A stretch of 64,000 nt of DNA, from assembly GCA_963714675.1 (NCBI GenBank), contig CAVQPG010000016.1, forward strand, positions 10,988 through 74,987, in the 5' to 3' direction. How positions within the stretch are numbered: position 1 is the stretch's first letter; each line of letters begins with the position of its first letter. The notes beneath the pieces are model-generated. The model was given only the letters and a program-made list of their open reading frames with translations, had not been told where the DNA came from and made no database searches. A program made the translations under genes and the position numbers. This DNA comes from an uncultured Chloroflexia bacterium (GTDB lineage Bacteria > Chloroflexota > Limnocylindria > Limnocylindrales > CSP1-4). Below are positions 9,421 through 18,198 of the stretch, in pieces.

Positions 9421-10058
9421 TCCCGCGACGCTACGCCAGCAGCGCCTGCGCCACGATTCGCCGCGGTAGCGGCATCCTTGGCGAAGCCGTCGGCCCCGAT
9501 CTCGGCCGCGAACTCGTCGGTCACGGGGGCCCCGCCCACGAGGATCTTGGCCGCCGGGTCGGCGGCGCGCACGGCCTCGACCGCGGCCTTCATGCCCACC
9601 ATCGTGGTGGTCAGCAGGGCGCTGATGCCGACGATGTCGGCCCCATGCTCCACCGCCGCCTCGGCGAAGGCCTCGGGGCTGACGTTGGTGCCGAGGTCGA
9701 CGATCTCGAAGTTGGCGCCTTTGAGCATCATGCCCACGAGGTTCTTGCCGATGTCGTGGAGGTCGCCCTGCACGGTGCCGATGACGGCGGTGTGCTCGGG
9801 CCGGATGCCGCCCGCCGCGAGCAGCGGCTCGATGAGCACGGTGGCCTCCTTCATGGCGTGCGCGGCGATGAGCATCTCGGGCACGTAGACGCCCTCGTTG
9901 CAGGCGAACTTGCGGCCCACCTCGGTCATGGCCACGGTCATGGCGTCGAGGATGACCTTGGGCCCGACGCCCTCGTCGATGGCGGCCTGGGTCAGCTTCA
10001 CGGCGCCGGCACGGTCGCCGGCCTCGACGGCGGCGGTCAGGGCAGCTAGGTCGGCCAT
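9339..10058 (-). CDS. corrinoid methyl-carrier protein (copy 1 of a near-identical pair)
   Basis: Protein identical to ORF 31582..32241 except one residue (A/G) up to ..AATAANRGAGAAG. It has DxHxxG (GDLHDIGK). The 3' end is uncertain (see the finding on the alternative-frame TAG at 9432). Confidence 0.8.
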   Translation of the reverse strand: MADLAALTAAVEAGDRAGAVKLTQAAIDEGVGPKVILDAMTVAMTEVGRKFACNEGVYVPEMLIAAHAMKEATVLIEPLLAAGGIRPEHTAVIGTVQGDLHDIGKNLVGMMLKGANFEIVDLGTNVSPEAFAEAAVEHGADIVGISALLTTTMVGMKAAVEAVRAADPAAKILVGGAPVTDEFAAEIGADGFAKDAATAANRGAGAAGVASRERGGSPGVTVDHVLGQLLAGPWPSACR

Positions 10059-10075
10059 GGGTGGTGCTCCTCCTG
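9432..10075. repeat. 0.64-kb dispersed repeat, copy 1 (pairs with 31614-32258, same orientation)
   Basis: By-eye alignment shows only about six substitutions over about 640 nt. Similarity stops at 10075/32258 upstream of the start codon, and at the cta (TAG on the minus strand) at 9432/31614. Confidence 0.8.
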
Positions 10076-10111
10076 GTGGTGGTATTGGCGATGGATGAGG
10101 CAGGTGATATG

Positions 10112-10124
10112 GTCATCGTATGAC
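10112..10124. promoter_or_regulatory. candidate GntR-type operator GTCAT-N3-ATGAC
   Basis: gtcatcgtatgac lies in the divergent intergenic region between the corrinoid gene (start 10058) and the cyclase/ADH/GntR operon (10186). The same arms occur at 14367-14379. Confidence 0.35.
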
Positions 10125-10185
10125 ACTCGCCGGCGCAAAGGAGGCGAATCGATGATGACGGGGCTTGTCGAGTGGTCAGGAGACG

Positions 10186-10664
10186 ATGACCATCCACGAC
10201 ATATCCATGCCCGTCTCACCTGAGATGGTGTTCTGGCCAGAGACGACCGTCCCAGCCCTAGAATGGGAGATGCTGATGTCGCGCGGCATATCGCCGACGT
10301 CAGCCGCTGGACGCTGGGTGCGCTCAACGGAACGCACATCGACGCGCCCTCGCACTTCTTGCCCAACGCGCCCGGCCTCGACAGCGTACCGCTCCAGCCC
10401 TTGGCCAGACGTACGTTGGTCGTCGAACTGCCTGATAGCGTGACTACGATCTGTTCCGAAGATCTGCCCTGGCCTGAGGACGAAACGGCTGGGAGGCTGC
10501 TGTTGAAGACGTCCAACTCGAGCCGTCGCCTCAAGCGCGCGGTCTTCGACGAGGCGTGCGTTGGCATCGAGCCCGGCCCCTACCGGCTGACGATCCTGCC
10601 ACTTCGTCTGGTGGGGGCCGAGGCCGCTCCAGCTCGTGCCATCCTCGAGGAGACCTCGACGTGA
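10186..10664 (+). pseudogene. cyclase-family (kynurenine-formamidase-like) protein, frameshifted and apparently internally deleted
   Basis: MTIHDISMPVSPEMVFWP.. (frame of ORF 10165) continues in the frame of ORF 10263 with the HxGTHxDxPxH-type motif (NGTHIDAPSHF). The C-terminal part (..VFDEACVGIEPGPYRLTILPLRLVGAEAAPARAIL) looks about 40 residues too short for the family. Confidence 0.55.
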
Positions 10665-11731
10665 TGCGAGCGGTCCGCTGGCACGGACGGGGGGACGTCC
10701 GTCTTGATCTGGTGCCCGACGCGCCGATGCCAGGCCCGGGCGAGGTTAGGCTGCGAGTGGATTGGTGTGGGATCTGCGGCACCGATCGGGAAGAATGGCG
10801 TGCCGGGCCGTTGTTCATCCCGACCGACGAGCCTCACCCGATGACCGGCACCTCCGCGCCACTCACGCTGGGCCACGAGGTTGCCGGCACCGTCACCGAC
10901 GTCGGCGAAGGCGTGAGTGGGATCAAACGGGATGATGTGGTCGCGCTCGACGGGTTGCTCACCTGCGGCACATGCTGGTGGTGTGAGCGTCATGAGTTGA
11001 CCCTCTGCCCTCAGCTGGCTTCTATCGGTCTTCACGTCGATGGCGGATTGGCCGAGGCGATGACCGTCTCAGCTCGGATGGCGATCGTCGTTCCGGACGG
11101 ACTTGACACTGAGACCGCAGCGCTCGCCGAGCCGGTCTCGGTCGCCATTCGTGCCCTCCGAAAGGGCCGTCTCACTGAGGGCGAGCAGGTGCTCGTCCAG
11201 GGCGCTGGCATGATCGGGCTGGCCGCGATGCGAGCGGCGCAGGCGCTCGGCGCTGCGTCGGTGACGGTTGCCGCGCGATCGGAGCGCCGGCGAGCACAAG
11301 CGCTCGCGATGGGCGCTGACGCGGTCGTGGACCCGAGCGCACCGGGTTTCCTCGACGAAGTCCGGGCGCTGCACGACGGTAGAGGCCCCGATCTGGTGGT
11401 CGAGGCGGCCGGTACGCCACACGCGTGCGCCCAGGCCGTCAGCGCCTCACGGCGAGGTGGCCGTGTCGTCTTCCTGGGCCTGCCATCAGAGACCGGCCAG
11501 CTCGACTACTTCGAGCTGGTCTCCACCGAGCGTGAGCTCATCGGCTCGCTCTCGCACGTGTGGGACGAGGACCTGGCTGAGGCCGTGTCGATGCTGGGCG
11601 AGGGCCTGCTGCGCGCCGACGAGGTCGTCGCGGCCCGCATCCCGCTCGAGGCGACCGTCGATGTCGGGTTCGAGTCGATGACCAGCAGCGACCTACTGGG
11701 TGTGAAGATACTGGTCAGCCCATGGATATGA
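10664..11731 (+). CDS. zinc-dependent medium-chain alcohol/polyol dehydrogenase (MDR family)
   Basis: Start chosen at ATG 10664 (MRAVRWHGRGDVRL..), which overlaps the preceding TGA. Motifs: catalytic GHEVAGTV, the structural-zinc Cys cluster CGTCWWCERHELTLC, and Rossmann VQGAGMIG. Confidence 0.85.
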   Translation: MRAVRWHGRGDVRLDLVPDAPMPGPGEVRLRVDWCGICGTDREEWRAGPLFIPTDEPHPMTGTSAPLTLGHEVAGTVTDVGEGVSGIKRDDVVALDGLLTCGTCWWCERHELTLCPQLASIGLHVDGGLAEAMTVSARMAIVVPDGLDTETAALAEPVSVAIRALRKGRLTEGEQVLVQGAGMIGLAAMRAAQALGAASVTVAARSERRRAQALAMGADAVVDPSAPGFLDEVRALHDGRGPDLVVEAAGTPHACAQAVSASRRGGRVVFLGLPSETGQLDYFELVSTERELIGSLSHVWDEDLAEAVSMLGEGLLRADEVVAARIPLEATVDVGFESMTSSDLLGVKILVSPWI

Positions 11732-11756
11732 CGCACGGCATGGTGACGGTGATGAT

Positions 11757-12527
11757 GTGACGCCCTCTGCGGCGGCTGCTCCCCGCTTCCGCACAGACAA
11801 GCTCAGCGAGAAGGTGACCCGGGTCCTCGCTGGCCGCATAGTCGTGGCAGTCGGCTCGGGAGCGAACGTACACCTGCCCACAGAGCAGGAAGTGTGCGAG
11901 GAGTTCGGGGTATCCAAGACCGTGGCTCGTGAGGTCATGGCGCGTCTGGAGGCCCTCAAGCTCGTCTCGGTGCGGCACGGCCGTCGAATGCAGCTCCGAC
12001 CAGCCTCCGATTGGAACTACCTTGATCCGCTCATGCTCGAGCTACAGGACGAAGCGGGCGTGCGTCGCCTAGTAGGTGAGCTCACCGACGTACGGATGCT
12101 GATCGAGCCAGAGGCGGCAGCTCGGGCGGCGGAGGCAGCGTCGCCGGATCAGATCGTCATCATGCGCGAGTCGCTTGATGGCATGCGCGAGAACATCCAC
12201 CGGCCGCATGTCTTCCTCGAGCACGACATCGCGTTCCACCGAGAAGTGGTGGTCTCGGCACGGAACCGCGTCATCTCACATCTCGTAGACGCGATTGCCG
12301 ATCTCATGCGCACGAGTCGGCGCCTGACCAACGCTGTACCAGGTGCCTTGGCCCACACGGTCGAAGACCATGCCGCCGTGCTGGCCGCCATCGAGGCGCG
12401 CGATGCAGAGGGTGCCAGGCGAGCTATGCGCGACCACATCCTCTGGGGCGCCCAGCGCGCAGGCGTGCTGCCCGAAGACGGGTCCGATACGCGACATCGA
12501 GAGTGGATCGCCCAGGACCAGTCCTAG
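11757..12527 (+). CDS. GntR/FadR-family transcriptional regulator
   Basis: 256 aa with a winged helix (PTEQEVCEEFGVSKTVAREVMARLEALKLV) and an FCD-type C-terminal domain. Intact. Confidence 0.8.
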   Translation: MTPSAAAAPRFRTDKLSEKVTRVLAGRIVVAVGSGANVHLPTEQEVCEEFGVSKTVAREVMARLEALKLVSVRHGRRMQLRPASDWNYLDPLMLELQDEAGVRRLVGELTDVRMLIEPEAAARAAEAASPDQIVIMRESLDGMRENIHRPHVFLEHDIAFHREVVVSARNRVISHLVDAIADLMRTSRRLTNAVPGALAHTVEDHAAVLAAIEARDAEGARRAMRDHILWGAQRAGVLPEDGSDTRHREWIAQDQS

Positions 12528-12578
12528 CCGCGCGAGGTTCGGCGTGCTCGCTGTCCGACGCCGTTGGGCCGCGGCTAG

Positions 12579-14319
12579 CTAGTGGCTAGTGGGCTCGTAC
12601 GGCTCCCAGTCCACGCCTGGTCCTCCTTCGAGGAAATCGAGATCAGCCCCGGAGTCGGCCTGTCGGACGTGCTCGATGTAGAGCCGCCCGTACCCACGAG
12701 TGAAGCGTGGAGTAGGCGGCGTCCAAGCCCCACGTCGTGCCGCCAATTCCTCGTCATCCACCCGTAGCTCGAGTCGCCGAGCATCTACATCGAGCTCGAT
12801 GAGGTCACCATCTCGCACGAACGCCAAGGGTCCGCCGACCGCCGACTCGGGCGCCACGTGCAGGACACATGTGCCGTAGGCCGTTCCGCTCATACGGGCG
12901 TCCGAGATGCGCACCATGTCGCGAACCCCCGCCTGCCAGAGCTTGGCCGGGATGGGCAGCTGTCCCCATTCGGGCATGCCCGGCGCGCCGACGGGGCCGC
13001 CCATGAGCTGCACCAGACACCGAGTCAGGCTCGACGTCGAGGTCAGGACCGTCGATCCGGTCCATGAGGTCCTGCTTGTCACGGAAGACGACGGCCGGCC
13101 CCACGTGGCGCCGCAAAGCCGGGTCCATGGCCGTTTGCTTGAGGACCGCCCCGTCAGGCGCGAGGTTCCCGCGCAGGACCGCCAGACCACCCTCTCTCGC
13201 CAGCGGCTCCTCGCGCCGTCGGATGACCGAGGTATCGAGGTTCTTGCCCTTATCGGCGTAGTCGCCAGCGAGCTCCCACTGACGGTCGCCGCCTCCAGCT
13301 CGAGCAGGGGTGCGATCTCCTGGAGCACGGCTGGCACGCCACCGGCGTAGAAGAACTCCTCCATCTGGTGCTCACCCGCCGGCCGCACATCGACGATCCA
13401 CGGAGTCGTTCGGCTGATCTCGTCGAAGGTGTCGATGGCCAGCGGCACGCCGACCCTTCCCGCGAGCGCCAGCAGGTGGATGACCGCGTTGGTGCTCCCG
13501 CTGACCGCATTGAGGACGGTGATGGCATTGCGGAACGCGGCCTCCGTCAGGACGTCGACGGCCGTGGCCCACCCTCGAGCGCCATCGCCACGATGCGCTC
13601 GCCGGTCTCCTCTGCGAGACGCAGCGCGGCGGCTGTCCACCGCGGGGATGGCGGCCGATCCGGGCAGGGTCAAGCCCATGGCTTCGGCGATGATGGCCAT
13701 GGTGGAGGCGGTGCCGAGCACGCCGCAGTGCCCCGCGGACCGAGCGACACAGGTCTCAAGCTCGGCCCACCGTTCGTCGGAGTAGTCGCCGGCGCGCCGC
13801 CGGTCCGACGCATTCCAGATCGCGCTGGCTCCTGCGAGCTCTTCATGGCCGCTGCGACCTCGCAGCATCGGCCCTCCGGTCAACAAGATCAGCCGGGATA
13901 TCGGCGCTGGCCGCTGCCATCATCAGCGCGGGCGTGGTCTTGTCGCAGCTCGACAGCAGCACCGCCGCGTCGAGCGGGTTGGCGCGCAGCGACTCCTCGG
14001 CCTCCATCGCGAGAAGGTTTCGGTAGAGCATGGTCGTGGGCTTCATCAGCGGTTCGCTGAGGGACATGGCGGGCAGTTCCAGAGGAAAGCCCCCGGCACG
14101 CCAGACCCCCCGCTTGACCGCCTCGGCTAGGTTGCGGAGGTGGGCATTGCAGTTCGCCACCTCGCTCCAGGTGTTGACGATCCCGATGACGGGGCGGTCT
14201 TCCGTGAACACCGTACCTGAGAACCCCTGCGCCCGCATCCAGCCACGGTGGATGACCCCGTTGAGATCATCGGGCCCGAACCACTGCGAGCTTCGGAGCC
14301 GACTGCGACGTTCACCCAA
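12579..14319 (-). pseudogene. IlvD/Edd-family sugar-acid dehydratase, about five frame breaks
   Basis: The N-terminal part with SCDKTTPALMMAA is in ORF 13843..14319. The rest is spread over ORFs 12579..13886 and 12805..13128. Frame switches are near 13895, 13640, 13570, 13270 and 13015. Conserved blocks include GHCGVLGTASTM and GMPEWGQLPIP. Confidence 0.8.
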
Positions 14320-14347
14320 AACGTTCTCCTTGGTCCAGTTTCAGGGG

Positions 14348-14376
14348 TTGACAGCGTTATCACATGGTCATATTAT
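14348..14376 (+). promoter_or_regulatory. sigma-70-type promoter (TTGACA - 17 nt - TATTAT)
   Basis: ttgaca at 14348-14353 and tattat at 14371-14376, in the only AT-rich patch of the intergenic region. It lies 155 nt upstream of the ABC operon start at 14531. Confidence 0.55.
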
Positions 14377-14379
14377 GAC
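14367..14379. promoter_or_regulatory. candidate GntR-type operator GTCAT-N3-ATGAC overlapping the -10 box
   Basis: gtcatattatgac is a perfect 6+1+6 palindrome. It has the same arms as the site at 10112-10124. Confidence 0.4.
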
Positions 14380-14530
14380 TATATCAGCAGGTGAGTAGCG
14401 ACCTGCGGCGGGCTGTCGGACGGACCGTGTCCTTGGAGCTGCCAAGGGGGTTCGTGGCCTGATAAGGAGGGCCCGTTCCGAGCGGCCAGCAGATCGATCG
14501 GCTCGGGTCGGCAAGGAAGGAGTCACGAGA

Positions 14531-15522
14531 GTGGTACGGACACGCATCGTCGGGAGCCTCGGCGCAGCAGCTCTGATCGCGACGTCCCTGTCGGGGACCG
14601 CGGTCGCACAGGATGGGGACTACGAGGTCGCCTTCGCGATCCCGACGTCCCAGGCGACGTACTTCACGGCCTATGACAACGCCGTCAAGGAACTCGCCGA
14701 GGAGCTCGGAGTCAGCGTCAAGTTCGCATTCGCGGAAAACGACGCGGCCAAGCAGAACCAGCAGGTGGCCGAGTTCATGACGGCCGGCGCCGATGCCGTT
14801 GTCGTGGCCCCGGTCGACGTCGATGCGTCGCTGCCCGGCATTACCGCCTACGCGGACGCCGAAGAGCCCATCATCACCAGCAACCGGTTCGTCAACGGCG
14901 AGTACGGCGGCGTGGATGGCGCCAACCCCAAGGTGCACACTGGCTTCTCCGACTTCGAGATCGGCCGCAATCTGGGCGAGCTCATGGTCGTCGCGTGTGG
15001 CGACAAGGACCCGTGCAATGTGATCATGGAGCAGGGCACCATCGGCTCGTCTCCCAGATCGAGCGTGATCGCGGCGCCTTCGAGGTGCTCGATGCCAACT
15101 CGGCCATCAACGTTATCGACAAGCAGACCAACGACTTCCAGCAGTCCAAGGCCATCGAACTGACCGACCAGCTGCTGGTCAAGCACCCCAGCGGAAGCAT
15201 CGACGTCATCGGCGTGCACGACGACGCCTCGGCAGTCGGTGTGGTCACCTCCGTCGAGCGCGCAGGTCGCCAGGATGAGATCAACGTAGTCGGAGTGGGC
15301 GGCAGCATGGAAGGCGTCGACGCCATCGCGGAAGGCCGCATGTTCGGCACCGTCTGGGTGTCACCGCGGCTCGACGGCATCCTCGCCCTGGAGGCAGCTG
15401 TGGCGCTCCTCAACAGCGAAGTGCCAGAGGGTCTCGCCGAGATCGAGGGCCGACCGACCGTGCCGGTGCCGATCGTGCAGGTCACCATTGACAACGTGGC
15501 TGACTACCCCGGCGAGTGGTGA
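14531..15522 (+). pseudogene. sugar ABC transporter substrate-binding protein (CUT2), frame broken once
   Basis: GTG start after GGAAGGAG, with a signal peptide (MVRTRIVGSLGAAALIATSLSGTAVAQ). ORF 14531..15163 continues in ORF 14995..15522, with the switch at about 15045. Confidence 0.75.
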
Positions 15523-15596
15523 GCTAGCGCTCAGCCGATCTAGCAGCGGCGCGCCGCCTATAACATGGGCGGCGCGCCGACTTCGTACAGGGGGCG

Positions 15597-17106
15597 ATGC
15601 TGATGGCAACCGCGCTGCACCTCGAGTCGCTCTCCAAGCACTTCGGTGGCGTTCGCGCACTGAGCGACGTCAGCCTGCGACTGGAGTCAGGTCAGGTCCT
15701 GGGTCTGATCGGCGAGAACGGGGCCGGGAAGTCCACTCTCATCAAGATCCTCAATGGTGTACACCGGGCCGACGGTGGGAGCATCTTGCTTGACGGCAGG
15801 GAGGTCTCGTTCGGCTCTCCGGCCGAGGCGCTTCGCGCTGGCGTGGCCACGGTCCACCAGGAGAGCAGCCTTGTTCCCAACCTGGACGTGGCCGCCAACC
15901 TGATGCTGGCCCACGAGTCGGCGAGCGGCAACGGGAGCCTCCTCGTCAGCCGGCGCAGCACGCACAAGGCAGCTCGTGTGCTGATGGACAAGACGGGCTT
16001 CGACATCGCCCTTGACACGCCGGCCGCCGAGCTCTCGGTGGCGCAACGTCAGCTCGTGGAGATCGCCCGAGCCCTGGCCATGGCAGCGACCGTGCTCATC
16101 CTCGACGAGCCGACTGCCGCCCTGAGCCCCGACGAGGTCGAGGTGCTCTTTGGTGCCATCCGCGACATCCGCGACCAGGGCGTGCCCGTCGATCTACGTC
16201 TCACACCGTCTCGAGGAGATCCCGCTCATCTGCGATCGCGTGGCGGTGTTGCGCAATGGAACGCTCGTCGGCGAGCTCGAGGGTGCCGAGGCGACGCACG
16301 ATCGCCTGGTGCCGCTGATGCTTGGCCGCGATGTCAAGGCGCTCTACCCGGACCGTGACAGCTCACCCGGGGAGACGGTGCTGGAGGTGAACAATCTTCG
16401 TGCCCCCGGCCTCCAGGACATCTCTCTCGATATCCGCAAGGGCGAGATCGTGGGCCTCGTCGGGGCACTCGGTGGAGGCCAGCGTGAGGCTGCACGCGCC
16501 ATCGTCGGCGTCGATCAACGCTCAAGTGGCGAGGTTCTCGTCGATGGGCGCTCGGTCCGTGCCAACGATCCGCGCGCCGCCATCGATGTCGGCGTGGCCT
16601 ATGTCACTGGCGACCGGCGCGACTCGACGCATCCTGGCTTGGCCATCGAGTCGAACTTGTCGTTGCCCTGGCTCTGGACTGACTCCAAGTGGGGAGTCGT
16701 GCGAGCACGCGCTGTACGAAAGCGTGTCGAGAACCTGATCGACACGTTCAGCATCAGGACCACGGGCCCGGAGCAGCTGATGGTCGATCTCAGCGGCGGC
16801 AACCAGCAGAAGGTGCTGTTCGCCAGATGGGCCCCGCTAGCGCCCCGGCTGTTCGTTCTGGACGACCCCACGCTGGGCGTCGATATCGGGTCCAAGTCGG
16901 AGGTCTACCAGCTCCTACGCCACTTCACCTCAGAGGGCGCCGCTGTCCTATTGGTCACATCCGACCTGGAGGAGGTCATCCACACCGCCGACCGTATCGT
17001 CGTGATGCGACACGGCTCCATCGCCGCCGAGATCGCGGGTGACACCGCGACCGAGGCGGAGATCGTACGCATCGCCCACGGCTTCGCCGCGGCCGACGCA
17101 GCCTGA
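15597..17106 (+). pseudogene. two-domain sugar ABC transporter ATP-binding protein (RbsA/MglA-like), frame broken once
   Basis: Walker A (GENGAGKST), LSVAQRQ and ILDEPTAAL are in ORF 15597. The second cassette (LSGGNQQK, VLDDPTLGVD) is in ORF 16150. The switch is at about 16190 (..DQGVPV / YVSHRLEE..). Confidence 0.8.
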
Positions 17107-17122
17107 TCAAGGACGGGGAGGC

Positions 17123-18146
17123 ATGAGCGATATCCGCAGCGAGGCCGTGATGAACCAGGGCGGCTCCGCCGGCGGCAACGGCAACGGAGGGCAGCGCTCC
17201 CTGCTTTCCCGGATCAATACCGCGCTCGACCTGCGACGGAACGGCCTCGCGTTGTTCGCACTCGCCATGGTCGGCGTGGTGGCGTTGATCCGCCCCGACT
17301 TTGTCTCGATCGACAACTTCGTCAGCATCCTCCGAGGTCAGTCGTTCATCGGGATCATCGCGGTCGGCATGGCCATCGTCATGATCGCGGGTGGTTTCGA
17401 CCTCTCGGTGGCGCGGGTGGCCGCGCTATCTGGCGTGATCGTCGGCACGCTCCACTACTTGGGGCCGGTCCCGGCGATCGCAGCAGCGCTCGGCGTGGCT
17501 GCGCTCATCGGCCTCATCAACGGCACGCTCATCACGCGCGCACGTGTGAACCCGTTCGTGGTGACGTTGGGCATGTTCTCGATCGCCTCCTCCTTGACGC
17601 TGGTGGCATCGGGTGGTGAGACCCGCAGGGGCTTCGACCCGTGGTTGCTGAGCATCAGCGAGGGCGACATCGGACCCGTTCCGGCGCCGATCGTCTACTT
17701 TCTCGTCACCGCCGTCGTCTGCCACTTCCTGCTGAGCCGGACGCGCTTCGGTCGTTACGTCTACGCCGTCGGCGGAAGCGTCGAAGCCAGTCGCCTCGCA
17801 GGCGTGCCCACGAGCTGGGTCATCACCGCCTCCTACGTGATCGTCTCGCTCTGCGCTGGCATCGCCGGCGTGGTCATCACCTCGTACCTGCGGTCGGCCA
17901 CGCCGGGTGCCTTCGCCGGTGGCGAGCTCGACGCGATCGCTGCGGTCATCCTCGGCGGCGTCCGGCTCGGCGGCGGCGTGGGCACCATCCCACGCACGGT
18001 GCTTGGCGTGCTCATCCTCGGAGCCATCGGCAATGCCCTCATCTTCCTGGGCATCGACCCGTTCTGGCAGGGCTTCGTCAAGGGCTCCGTGATCGATCAT
18101 CGCCGTCGCCATCGACGCGCTGCAGAACCGATCTCGACGAGGATGA
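17123..18146 (+). pseudogene. sugar ABC transporter permease (CUT2), frame break near the 3' end
   Basis: ATG 17123 follows GGGGAGG. The ORF is a hydrophobic multi-span protein. After ..FVKGSVI the natural tail IIAVAIDALQNRSRRG-stop (TGA 18144-18146) is in another frame, with the break at about 18095. Confidence 0.7.
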
Positions 18147-18198
18147 GCCCACTGACATGCGACAGCTGGTTCGTCGACAGGCTTCGGAGCCGCAACCC

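Noticed and set aside
14380-14530. The 150-nt leader between the promoter-like element and the SBP start might be a cobalamin or other riboswitch.
   Set aside because: I could not find a B12-box-like element or any riboswitch core I recognise. It would need a covariance-model scan before any claim.
17641-18198. N-terminal 186 codons of ORF 17641..19590, which would make a 649-aa protein.
   Set aside because: This part is an alternative frame of the permease gene and is Arg/His-rich. A proper ATG at 18199 begins the conserved sequence.
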